Assembly (NCBI GenBank): GCA_902580115.1
Contig: CACHJN010000004.1
Span: forward strand, 31,045 to 95,044
Origin: an uncultured Pelagibacteraceae bacterium
GTDB lineage: Bacteria; Pseudomonadota; Alphaproteobacteria; Pelagibacterales; Pelagibacteraceae
Reading direction: 5' to 3'
DNA: 64,000 nucleotides
Part shown: positions 32,397-41,383 of the stretch, piece after piece
How positions within the stretch are numbered: position 1 is the first letter of the stretch
Layout of the letters: every line of letters starts with the position of its first letter
The notes under the pieces: model-generated
What the model was told of the DNA's origin: nothing
The model's database searches: none
What the model saw: the letters and a program-made list of their open reading frames with translations, nothing else
Translations under genes and position numbers: made by a program

Positions 32397-33026
32397 TTAT
32401 TGTATCGTTTCATTATCAGAAACATTCTCGTAAGAATAAAACTCAATTATATTCAATAAAGTATTAGTTTTGTCATTAAAGCTAACAGTCTCTAAAAGTT
32501 TTTGTTTTTCCTCATTAGAAATTGGAGCTATCATTGAAAGGGTGTTTATTTTTTGGGCTTCATCAAGTTTTTCAAACTCTTTCCAATTAATCATTAGACC
32601 ATTTTTCTCAAAAAATTTTTTTACTTTTTCCATAAAGTTTAATTTGTCATATGCAAGAGCTAATTTTTCGTTATCTAGAACATCTTTGTAAAATTTTTTA
32701 TAGTCCACCTCGAACTCCCTATATTTTTTTTTATTAGCAACTTCTTTTGTAATTTCAAATCTCGTAAGCCCAGTCAAGTTTATCAGAACTCTACCATCAG
32801 AAGTCTCTTGATAATCACTTATTTTACCAAGACAACCAACTTTATAAACTAAGCTGTTTTCTTTTTTTGATTGAACCATACCCATTAACTTATCATTTCT
32901 AAATGAATCATTTACTAAATCAAGATACCTCTCTTCAAAGATGTTTAGCGGCAAATTTGTTTTCGGGAAATAAATCACTCCACTCAGTGGGAAGACTGGT
33001 ATTTGCTTAGGAAATTTTTTATCCAT
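32397..33026 (-). CDS. LON peptidase substrate-binding (N-terminal) domain protein
   Basis: IPVFPL, LPLNIFE.RY, VGC.G.I, DGR, EKQ.LLE. Confidence 0.92.
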   Translation of the reverse strand: MDKKFPKQIPVFPLSGVIYFPKTNLPLNIFEERYLDLVNDSFRNDKLMGMVQSKKENSLVYKVGCLGKISDYQETSDGRVLINLTGLTRFEITKEVANKKKYREFEVDYKKFYKDVLDNEKLALAYDKLNFMEKVKKFFEKNGLMINWKEFEKLDEAQKINTLSMIAPISNEEKQKLLETVSFNDKTNTLLNIIEFYSYENVSDNETIQ

Positions 33027-33032
33027 ATGCTA

Positions 33033-33062
33033 ATTATAAGATTAATAATTTAGCACTGTCAA
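33033..33062 (-). promoter_or_regulatory. Consensus sigma70 promoter of the LON-domain gene
   Basis: Perfect TTGACA-18-TATAAT ending 6 nt before the ATG. Confidence 0.75.
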
Positions 33063-33230
33063 TTTGTAATAATTAACTATGTGTGGGCATAAAGAGCTTT
33101 GATTTAGTAGAGCCCCTCATTTCTACCGAAGACCCTTTCACCTTCAAATAAGAATTGTGACATATATATAAATATTCAAGGAGTATCTGTTTACGTTAAT
33201 GAATAAATTAATTATACTAGTTATCAATTT

Positions 33231-33305
33231 GCGGGCATAGCTCAGTGGTAGAGCGTCTCGTTGCCAACGAGAAGGTCGAGGGTTCAAGTCCCTTTGCCCG
33301 CTCCA
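33231..33305 (+). tRNA. tRNA-Gly (GCC)
   Basis: GCGGGCA acceptor stem, D arm AGCTCAGTGGTAGAGC, anticodon arm TCTCG-TTGCCAA-CGAGA, GGTTCAAGTCC T arm, encoded CCA. Confidence 0.98.
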
Positions 33306-33358
33306 AATTAAATAGCGACTAAATTTCCGTTTTTACGAAACTTATTTTTTGATAACGT

Positions 33359-33865
33359 ATGATTATGTATAGATTAATTGCAATTTTTTTAATGTTAATA
33401 CCATCCGTTTGTTACGCCTCTTCAATGAAGATGATTGGTGAAAAGGGCGATATCAAAAATGTTACGAAGGTTGTTACTGTAAATATGTTTGATAATTATT
33501 ATGAGCCAAATGAAATTGTTGTCAAAGAGGGTGAAACAATAAAGTTTATAGTTAAAAACATGGGCGAACTTGTACATGAATTGAATATTGCTACTAAAGA
33601 AATGCATGTAAAGCATCAACCCGAGATGGCAAAAATGGTGGAACATGAAATACTTTTAGCGGACAGAATAGATAAAAAGAAAATGAAAAAAATGGCAAAA
33701 ATGGATCACTCTTTGGCACACAAACATGCTAATAGTGTCTTACTTGAACCAAAAGAAACTGGAGAAATAATTTGGAAGTTCAGCACATCCGCGAAATTAG
33801 AAATTGCATGTAATGTACCTGGTCATTATGAAGCTGGAATGATTGCAAAGATAATCAAAGATTAA
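33359..33865 (+). CDS. Periplasmic cupredoxin (CopI-like copper-binding protein)
   Basis: Signal peptide, HE motif, C-terminal CNVPGHYEAGM type-1 Cu ligands, His/Met-rich insert. Confidence 0.88.
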   Translation: MIMYRLIAIFLMLIPSVCYASSMKMIGEKGDIKNVTKVVTVNMFDNYYEPNEIVVKEGETIKFIVKNMGELVHELNIATKEMHVKHQPEMAKMVEHEILLADRIDKKKMKKMAKMDHSLAHKHANSVLLEPKETGEIIWKFSTSAKLEIACNVPGHYEAGMIAKIIKD

Positions 33866-33867
33866 TT

Positions 33868-34203
33868 ATGGAAGATTTAGCTAACAAAAAATGTGTGCCA
33901 TGTGAAGGTGGTATACCAGCCTTTGATATTAAGCAGATACATAAATATTTAAAAAGAATTGATGGATGGGATGTCCTAGAAGATAAAGATAAAAATTTTC
34001 ATATTGAAAAGAATTTTAAATTTAATAATTATGTAGAAAGTGAAAAATTTGTTATCGGTGTTGGCAAGATTGCGGAAACTGAAGGCCACCATCCAGATAT
34101 CACTTTTGGCTGGGGCTATGTTAAAATTAAAATTTCAACACATGCTATTAAAGGCTTAGCAGAAAGTGACTTCGTTTTAGCTGCAAAAATAGATAAAATT
34201 TAG
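33868..34203 (+). CDS. phhB: Pterin-4-alpha-carbinolamine dehydratase
   Basis: AETEGHHPDI, THAIKGL.E.DF.LAAKID. Confidence 0.93.
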   Translation: MEDLANKKCVPCEGGIPAFDIKQIHKYLKRIDGWDVLEDKDKNFHIEKNFKFNNYVESEKFVIGVGKIAETEGHHPDITFGWGYVKIKISTHAIKGLAESDFVLAAKIDKI

Positions 34204-35751
34204 TTAATGATTAAAGTGTCTGATACCAGTAAAGATCATTTTAACTTTAGCTTTATTTGCAGCTTCTATCACTTCTTTATCTCTAATCGAGCCACCTGGC
34301 TGAACGATAGTTTTTATACCAGCATTAATTAAAGTTTTAATTCCATCTGCAAAAGGAAAAAAAGCATCAGATGCAGCTATTGAATTTAGCAAAAGTTTAG
34401 GTTGAAATTGTCTTGCCTTTTGAACAGCTATTTTACAACTATCTAACCTATTTTGTTGTCCAGCGCCAATTCCAATAGTTGAATTATCTTTTACCACTAC
34501 AATCGCATTTGATTTTACATGTTTGCATACTCTAAAAGCAAATTCTATATCTTTAAGTTCTTTTCTGGACGGTTTATTTTTTGTTACACATTTCAACTTT
34601 TTTTTTTGGAAAATTAAGTCATCTTTTTCTTGTAAAAGAAATGAATTATCAAAAAACTTTACTGTTGATTTAGACTCATAATTAAATTTTGAAATATCAA
34701 TAATTCTCATGTTTTTTTTCATTTTTAATATTCGCAAAGCGTTTTTATCAAAACCTTTTGCTAAAATTACTTCAAAAAAAGTTTTATTTATTTCAGAAGC
34801 AATCTTATTGTTTATTTTATAATTGCAAGCCACTATTCCTCCAAAAGCACTAATTGGATCACTAGCTTGTGCATTTAAAAAAGATTGAATAGCAGACTTA
34901 TTTGAAGAAACTCCACATGGGTTTGCGTGTTTAATTATCACGGTTGATGGTGTTCCTAAATTTGAAAAAAGAATATCTAGTCCAGCAAATATATCATTAT
35001 AATTGTTGTAACTTAAATCTTTGCCACTTAATTTTTGTAAATTAATATCATCATTCTTGAGGCTATTAACATATATAGAACTTTTTTGATGTGGGTTTTC
35101 ACCATATCTTAATTGATTTATTTTCTTTCCAAAAAAAGTTTTCCTAGCAGGAAACCTTAAGCCCACATCTCTGTTAAACCATTCTGACACGACAGCGTCG
35201 TAATACGCTGTCAAACCATAAGCCTTACTAGCCATTTTTCTTCTAAAATCAAAAGATGTTTTACCTTTAAACTTTTTTAACTCTTTTATTAGTTCAGAAT
35301 AGTCCTCTTTTTCAGTTATAATTGTTACACTTTTGAAATTTTTAGCAGCTGATCTCACCATGCTCGGACCTCCAATATCAATATTTTCAATAATCTTTTC
35401 CTTATTAGAAGTTTTTTTGATAACTGACTCAAACGGATAAAAATTAACAATTACTAAATCTATGGGTTCGAATTGTTTTTTTTGCATTTGTTTTTTGTGT
35501 TTTTTTTTATCTCTTTTAAAAAGAATACCAGAGTGAATTTTTGGATGTAAAGTTTTTACTCTTCCATCCAACATTTCTTCAAAACCGGTATATTCTGAAA
35601 CTTCTTTACACTTAAAACCTAATTTTTTTATTGATTTATAAGTTCCTCCAGAACTAATTACATTTATCTTATTTTTCTTTAGAACTTGTAAAACGTTCTT
35701 AAGATTTTCTTTATCAAACACAGATACAAGAGCATTTTTAATTTTACTCAT
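34204..35751 (-). CDS. purH: Bifunctional AICAR transformylase/IMP cyclohydrolase
   Basis: GRVKTLHP, IDIGGP, RYGENPHQ, KHANPCG, SDAFFPF, RHFNH. Confidence 0.97.
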   Translation of the reverse strand: MSKIKNALVSVFDKENLKNVLQVLKKNKINVISSGGTYKSIKKLGFKCKEVSEYTGFEEMLDGRVKTLHPKIHSGILFKRDKKKHKKQMQKKQFEPIDLVIVNFYPFESVIKKTSNKEKIIENIDIGGPSMVRSAAKNFKSVTIITEKEDYSELIKELKKFKGKTSFDFRRKMASKAYGLTAYYDAVVSEWFNRDVGLRFPARKTFFGKKINQLRYGENPHQKSSIYVNSLKNDDINLQKLSGKDLSYNNYNDIFAGLDILFSNLGTPSTVIIKHANPCGVSSNKSAIQSFLNAQASDPISAFGGIVACNYKINNKIASEINKTFFEVILAKGFDKNALRILKMKKNMRIIDISKFNYESKSTVKFFDNSFLLQEKDDLIFQKKKLKCVTKNKPSRKELKDIEFAFRVCKHVKSNAIVVVKDNSTIGIGAGQQNRLDSCKIAVQKARQFQPKLLLNSIAASDAFFPFADGIKTLINAGIKTIVQPGGSIRDKEVIEAANKAKVKMIFTGIRHFNH

Positions 35752-35752
35752 T

Positions 35753-37399
35753 TTATATTTTTTTCATTATTTTCCAGTCGATAGTTTTTTCATTATTTTC
35801 CATGATACCAGAAATTACAATACAATGGTTATCTAACACTTTCTGCCCTCCAAAAAAAATACTTTTTTCAATTTTTAGGTTTTTCTCATTTGTAGAGAAC
35901 AGTAAAGCTTTATTTTTATTTATCTGAATAAGCAAAGTATTACCACCTATAGTTTGAACAGCAGTAAGACCTGGATATAGATGAAAACGTATGTCATACT
36001 TAATCTTTAGATTTGTACTTTTTTGTATAATATTATCTTGGCCAGTGACTCTATTGTTGATTTTATCAATACCTATAGATCTATAATGTAAACAGTTTAA
36101 ATTTTTAAGGTATGCATCATGTCCAGCTTTAACTTGAATTTCGTTTGAGCTGTTCTTGTGTTCCAAATTTAAAATTTTAAAATCTCTCTTAATTAAATAT
36201 CCATAAGCTTTATTCATCATATTACTTTTTTCAAATCCAACTATTGAAGTGTCGTTTAAACAAAGTGCTGACTGAGAAGATGTAAAACGACTTAAGAGTC
36301 TTGCTTTTTTTGAAATATTTACCCCAAATCCACTATTTGTAATAATTTTTTGGTCATCATAATAATATTCAAAAGATAATGGACCAGATTGATAACAAGA
36401 GGAGAAGTTTTTCTTTGGGGGATTTCCTGCTTCAAAATAAATAACATCTTTTTTATTTTTAAGAACATGAATATTACCTAAATTAATTTTGGGTTTTTTA
36501 ATTTTAATTTTAAAGTGGTTTATATAATTATAGAAATTAGCTAAATCATCTTCTACGGAACCGTTGAACAAAGGAAGTGAATTCGCTGGAGTAGTTAATT
36601 GCTTTATACACTCCAAATTTTTTTCGAGTATATTCTCCAAAGAATCGGGTACATATTTTTGAGCATCTTTTATAACTTCCTTTATTAATAAAAAATATTT
36701 CGTATGATTTAGAAGATCGTTTGGACTTCTAGTTAAAGGAAAGCCTTTATCATCAAAAAAAGTTTCAATTAATTTTTCTAACTCATTTAAACTGTATTTA
36801 TAATTTTCTTCGTATTCTTTAAATACTAACCCGGACAAAATTAACACAGTCAAAATCTCAATTTTTTTTTGGTGATCTATCTCGTATTTAAAATTCTTTT
36901 TTAAATGATTTGTTTGAATAATTATAGACTCAATGAAATCTCTTTTAAAAGCAAAATTTGAGTTTTTCAAAATTATGTCAGCGTTTAAGATCCAACTCAT
37001 TATTCTTTTGCTGATTACACTCGTTTCCCAAATGAGCGATTTGTACTTAAGATTGCTTTGGTTCCAAAGATATATAATTTGTCTGAGAGTAGAAGCATCA
37101 TCCTTTCGATCAATTGAAGTTAACCAAAGAAAATTGTGAAGCTCTCTTTTTTCTTTGTGTGAATATTTCTTATTCCAAAAATTATTTGGGTCCAGATTCT
37201 TAATTTGAAAAGCAAACTTTCTATAATTAGAAAAAGATGACATTAAAAATGGATTGGGAAAAAAAAAGAACTGATTTGGAATTCTAGATATTAAGGATTT
37301 TTTGTAAAATCCTGTGGTAAAATAAATCTTTTTAAAAATTTTTATAAAATTTATTTTAACTGCCAAAATATAATAATAAGCAGTTTTTAGACTGATCAT
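35753..37399 (-). CDS. Heparinase II/III-like protein
   Basis: LHNF.WL, W...SKR..SWI, LPLFNG, LSFE, HDAY, RFHL.P; usual position upstream of purH. Confidence 0.8.
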   Translation of the reverse strand: MISLKTAYYYILAVKINFIKIFKKIYFTTGFYKKSLISRIPNQFFFFPNPFLMSSFSNYRKFAFQIKNLDPNNFWNKKYSHKEKRELHNFLWLTSIDRKDDASTLRQIIYLWNQSNLKYKSLIWETSVISKRIMSWILNADIILKNSNFAFKRDFIESIIIQTNHLKKNFKYEIDHQKKIEILTVLILSGLVFKEYEENYKYSLNELEKLIETFFDDKGFPLTRSPNDLLNHTKYFLLIKEVIKDAQKYVPDSLENILEKNLECIKQLTTPANSLPLFNGSVEDDLANFYNYINHFKIKIKKPKINLGNIHVLKNKKDVIYFEAGNPPKKNFSSCYQSGPLSFEYYYDDQKIITNSGFGVNISKKARLLSRFTSSQSALCLNDTSIVGFEKSNMMNKAYGYLIKRDFKILNLEHKNSSNEIQVKAGHDAYLKNLNCLHYRSIGIDKINNRVTGQDNIIQKSTNLKIKYDIRFHLYPGLTAVQTIGGNTLLIQINKNKALLFSTNEKNLKIEKSIFFGGQKVLDNHCIVISGIMENNEKTIDWKIMKKI

Positions 37400-37402
37400 T
37401 TT

Positions 37403-38065
37403 TTAACTCGATCTTAATAAGCTAATATTTTTTTTTAAATCTCCATTATTCTGTTTAAAAATAGTAGAGCCGGAAACCAAAACATTTGCTCCAGCATTTA
37501 TAGCGGTCTTGCAATTTTCAAAATTTATACCTCCATCTATTTCTAGATCTACTTTCAATTTTTTTTCAGTAATTATTTCTTTAAGTTTTTTTAGTTTTGG
37601 CAAAACATCTGGCATAAATTTTTGGCCAGCAAATCCTGGTTCTACACTCATAATTAATATTAGATCAATTTTTTCAAGATACTTTTCAATTAAACTAATA
37701 TCAGATTTTGGCTTCAAAGATATGCCAACCTTTTTATTAAATTTTTTTATTAGTTCTATTGTTTCTTCAGTACTAGGAGTAGCCTCTGGATGAAATGTAA
37801 TGATATCTGCACCAGCATCTGCAAAATCCTTAATATACTTATCTACCGGCTCTATCATTAAATGAACATCAAAAATTTTTTTTGTTACAGGTCTTAATTT
37901 TTTTATAATTTCTGGCCCTATAGTAATGTTAGGAACAAAATGTCCATCCATTACATCTACATGTATATAATCAGCCCCTGCTTTATCTAAAGAGATTATT
38001 TCTTCACCCAGTTTACTAAAATCAGCTGATAAAATTGACGGTGAAATCTTTATATTAGTAGACAT
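37403..38065 (-). CDS. rpe: Ribulose-phosphate 3-epimerase
   Basis: PSILSADF, HVDVMDGHFVPN, DVHLM, IDGGIN. Confidence 0.98.
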   Translation of the reverse strand: MSTNIKISPSILSADFSKLGEEIISLDKAGADYIHVDVMDGHFVPNITIGPEIIKKLRPVTKKIFDVHLMIEPVDKYIKDFADAGADIITFHPEATPSTEETIELIKKFNKKVGISLKPKSDISLIEKYLEKIDLILIMSVEPGFAGQKFMPDVLPKLKKLKEIITEKKLKVDLEIDGGINFENCKTAINAGANVLVSGSTIFKQNNGDLKKNISLLRSS

Positions 38066-38106
38066 ATATTTTATTTATATTTTATATAATAATCTTGTCA
38101 AAAAAA

Positions 38107-38448
38107 TTATTTGTCAGGACTAAATAATCTGTATAGTTCTCTTGAGAACTCATGATCTATTGGAAAAGATAACATCCCCATAGACCCATAACCCAATAAC
38201 CATGGCATTAAATAAAATCTTATTAAATAGAAATAAAATGCAACATATAATGGAACAATTGGTCTAGCTAAAAATTCAGGTGTAATTTTATCAAAAACCT
38301 TTAGAACAGGATTTGTGAATTTAACAAATATTCTCATGAAGAAAAAGTTAGAGTCCTCTCTTTGAAAGATATTCATTGCCGCTCTTCCAATTAAAGTGTA
38401 CATCACTATTCCTAAAATATAGTCTAAAACATAAACCCAAATAGGCAT
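38107..38448 (-). CDS. Hypothetical membrane protein (distantly YGGT-like)
   Basis: 113-aa ORF with a TM-(KFTNPV...ITP)-TM layout. Confidence 0.65.
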   Translation of the reverse strand: MPIWVYVLDYILGIVMYTLIGRAAMNIFQREDSNFFFMRIFVKFTNPVLKVFDKITPEFLARPIVPLYVAFYFYLIRFYLMPWLLGYGSMGMLSFPIDHEFSRELYRLFSPDK

Positions 38449-38472
38449 AATTCACATTATCATTATTGAGAC

Positions 38473-38503
38473 AAAAAAAAAGGGGCGAATAAATCGCCCC
38501 TTT
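38473..38503 (-). terminator. Intrinsic terminator of the symporter operon
   Basis: AAAGGGGCGA-ATAAA-TCGCCCCTTT hairpin with a U-tract on the minus strand. Confidence 0.92.
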
Positions 38504-38523
38504 AAATGATTTAATTTTATTCC

Positions 38524-40362
38524 TTAGTGCGCTCTACCAAGAATAGATTTTCCGCTAGGAACCCTAACTTCATCAACCATTCTTTGTGTTGCTGCATCAG
38601 GAGCTTTGGTCATTAAACTTACAACAACCATAACTACTAAACATACTGGAGCACCGATTAGACCAAATCTTAAGTGGTCAATACCTAACCATGCAGGGTT
38701 ACCCAAAAACTTAGGATATACATAAATTAGATAAGCTGTTCCAGCCGCAAGTCCAGATAGCATTCCTGCTATTGCACCTTCTCTAGTAGCTCTCTTCCAC
38801 CATACTCCAAGTACAAGTGGGAAGAATAAGCCTGACATCGCAAAGTCAAACGCCCATGCAACTGCTCCAAGGATACTAGTGATACGCATTGATGCAATGT
38901 ATGCACCAGCCGCACCTACAACAACTAATAGAACACGTGCTACTATTAATCGTTTTCTAACATCCGCTTTTGGATCAATCATGTTGTAGTAAACATCGTG
39001 CGATAACGCATTTGAAATCGCAAGTACTAATCCATCAGCAGTTGACATCGCTGCAGCCATACCACCGGCAGCAACTAATCCAGAGATTACGTATGGTAAT
39101 CCAGCAACTTCAGGAGTTGCAAGAACTACTACACCCGTTCTCATGAACCACTCGTTTAACTGTAGTATGCCGTCACCGTTAAAGTCAGCAATGAACACTT
39201 GTTTTTGAGAAGACCATTGTTTGACCCACTCTAAACTTTGTACATCAGCGATAGATTTTCCAATAATACCTGTCGGTAAGTTTGGATCCATCAATGAAAT
39301 TTTAGACAAAGTTGCAAGCATTGGAGCTGAAGAGTAAAGCAAGAAAATAAAGAATAGCGACCAAGCTACTGATTTTCTAGCTGATTTTACTGAAGGAGTT
39401 GTGAAGTATCTCATTAAGATATGAGGTAACGACGCAGTTCCTACCATCATACAGATAGCTAGCGATATGTATTTCCATACTGCCATTCCACCTGCACCTA
39501 CTCCAGCATGTGCTACCGCGATAGATTTTAATCCACCAGGAACACCTGCTGCTTTTACATCAGCGGCACTGTTTTTGACTAAACCGAATTGACTTTCAAG
39601 GTCAGTTATTCTTTGCACCTCATCACCTAACATTAAGTGTGGGAATACACCGGCACCGATTTTGTTACTAATCCAGAAAACTGGTATTAAATAAGCAACA
39701 ATCAATACGATATATTGTGCAACCTGTGTCCATGTTACTGCTCTCATTCCACCTAACATTGAACAAAGTAAGATACTAACTAAACCTACCCATACACCTG
39801 CTTCAAACGGAATACCTAATGCTCTAGCAGCAATAGTTCCTGTAGCATTTATCTGAGCTGTCACGTAAGTGAAAGAAGCTAATACAAGAACTAACACTGC
39901 ACAGAAACGTACACCGTTTCCGCCGTATCTTGTTCCTATAAAATCTGGCACTGTGTAACATCCAAATTTTCTTAAGTATGGTGCTAATAAAGTTGACACA
40001 AGCACATAACCACCTGTCCAACCAACTAAGAAAGCCATATAACTATAGCCACCAAAGTAAACACCACCTGCTAATGCTACGAACGAAGCACCTGACATCC
40101 AGTCAGCTGCTGTCGCCATTCCATTAAACACTGTTGGGACTTGTCTTCCTGCAAGATAATATGCGTCTACCTGTATCGTTCTCGATAAATAACCAATTAA
40201 GGCATATATCGCCACGGTAAATGCAACAAACAAAATACCAATTGTTTTTGCTGTTACACCAGCTTGCTCAGCTATTGCCATCATTAAGATGAAAACTAAG
40301 AAGCCTCCGGTATACAAACCATAAATCTTAGGAAGGTTTTGTATAAATCCACCTTTAAACAT
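38524..40362 (-). CDS. actP: Sodium:solute symporter, ActP-like (acetate/monocarboxylate permease)
   Basis: GMATAADWMSGASF, GGMRAVTWTQVAQY, GTASLPH..MRYFT, AAAMST..GL; close to acs; substrate inferred. Confidence 0.85.
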   Translation of the reverse strand: MFKGGFIQNLPKIYGLYTGGFLVFILMMAIAEQAGVTAKTIGILFVAFTVAIYALIGYLSRTIQVDAYYLAGRQVPTVFNGMATAADWMSGASFVALAGGVYFGGYSYMAFLVGWTGGYVLVSTLLAPYLRKFGCYTVPDFIGTRYGGNGVRFCAVLVLVLASFTYVTAQINATGTIAARALGIPFEAGVWVGLVSILLCSMLGGMRAVTWTQVAQYIVLIVAYLIPVFWISNKIGAGVFPHLMLGDEVQRITDLESQFGLVKNSAADVKAAGVPGGLKSIAVAHAGVGAGGMAVWKYISLAICMMVGTASLPHILMRYFTTPSVKSARKSVAWSLFFIFLLYSSAPMLATLSKISLMDPNLPTGIIGKSIADVQSLEWVKQWSSQKQVFIADFNGDGILQLNEWFMRTGVVVLATPEVAGLPYVISGLVAAGGMAAAMSTADGLVLAISNALSHDVYYNMIDPKADVRKRLIVARVLLVVVGAAGAYIASMRITSILGAVAWAFDFAMSGLFFPLVLGVWWKRATREGAIAGMLSGLAAGTAYLIYVYPKFLGNPAWLGIDHLRFGLIGAPVCLVVMVVVSLMTKAPDAATQRMVDEVRVPSGKSILGRAH

Positions 40363-40616
40363 TAATCCTCCTTCTCTCCGAAACCAAACTCCTCATCGAT
40401 TTTCTCTTGCTTGTTTGCAAACCAGAAAATGATGATAACGAACGCAAGAAGTGATCCTTGTGCTGTCATGTAATAAGCTAACGGATATCCTAGAAAGCTC
40501 ATTCCGTTGATTTCATATCCAAAAAGGAAAATTACCATTGAGAAGAATGCCCAAAGACATAGAGTCATTATCATATGACCTTTGGTTTTCTGCCAATGTT
40601 TTTCTTTATTTGACAT
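40362..40616 (-). CDS. Small symporter-associated membrane protein (DUF4212)
   Basis: G.PLAYYM.AQGS motif; translationally coupled to the symporter. Confidence 0.88.
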   Translation of the reverse strand: MSNKEKHWQKTKGHMIMTLCLWAFFSMVIFLFGYEINGMSFLGYPLAYYMTAQGSLLAFVIIIFWFANKQEKIDEEFGFGEKED

Positions 40617-40759
40617 ATTTCCCCCTATATTTACGTTAACGTAACTTAATGGTTGTGATCCTACCTATTTTGAGAGTAATTAAAAGTTAAAAAACCTATT
40701 TTGAAGTGCTATAAATCGCTAAAAATATAGAAAAAAAAAGAGACAAAAGAGCATACAAC

Positions 40760-41383
40760 TTGAAATTGAATCTAAAAGCAATATCTGAGGTCTTATCAGC
40801 AGTAAAAGACTATCTATTTCCTTACGAAAAAATAAGCAAAAAATTTTTAAAAATTAATAATGAAAGTGATTTAATTAATTTTATAAAAGAAAAATCAGCT
40901 TTTGTAACTCAGTCAACCCTTTACGGTTATTTAAAAACCAGGATGGGTTTAAAACAAAATATGATGTTTACAGATGATATTTTTATCGATTCTGTTAATA
41001 AGGCCAAGTGGAACATTTTTTCTGAGGCTGTAACAGATTTAACTTTTTTTGCCGTCTCATATTTGAATACAAAACATAACGTCGATATTTTAGATCCAAA
41101 TAAAATTTATCAAACTATTTTAGATAATGAAATTATAAATGGTTTACCAAATGAAATGTGTGAAAAATACAAATCAAGATTTAAAGAGAAATTAAATAGT
41201 TTTAATATAGAAGAATATTGTAGCGACAAGCCTTTCTCTAATAGTTGTAACGCTTTATTTCATTGGGCACCAATAGCGGATGAATTAAAAGAATTGGATA
41301 AAGAAATTGTAATAAATTCTATTAAAAATAAATGGATGTTGGTGGTTGCTGATTTTGAAAAAATTCCAGTAAATCTAAAATAG
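40760..41383 (+). CDS. Hypothetical protein
   Basis: 207-aa ORF (TTG start) filling the gap; SAFVTQ.TLYGYLKTRMG and WAPIAD look like conserved blocks. Confidence 0.7.
   Translation: MKLNLKAISEVLSAVKDYLFPYEKISKKFLKINNESDLINFIKEKSAFVTQSTLYGYLKTRMGLKQNMMFTDDIFIDSVNKAKWNIFSEAVTDLTFFAVSYLNTKHNVDILDPNKIYQTILDNEIINGLPNEMCEKYKSRFKEKLNSFNIEEYCSDKPFSNSCNALFHWAPIADELKELDKEIVINSIKNKWMLVVADFEKIPVNLK

Noticed and set aside
33028-33070. TTAGCACT as a possible CIRCE (HrcA) operator over the LON-domain promoter
   Set aside because: Only one arm is present; GAGTGCTAA is missing at the N9 spacing
33231-34203. Possible genomic island integrated at tRNA-Gly
   Set aside because: No integrase, no duplicated tRNA 3' end seen, and core genes resume within 1 kb
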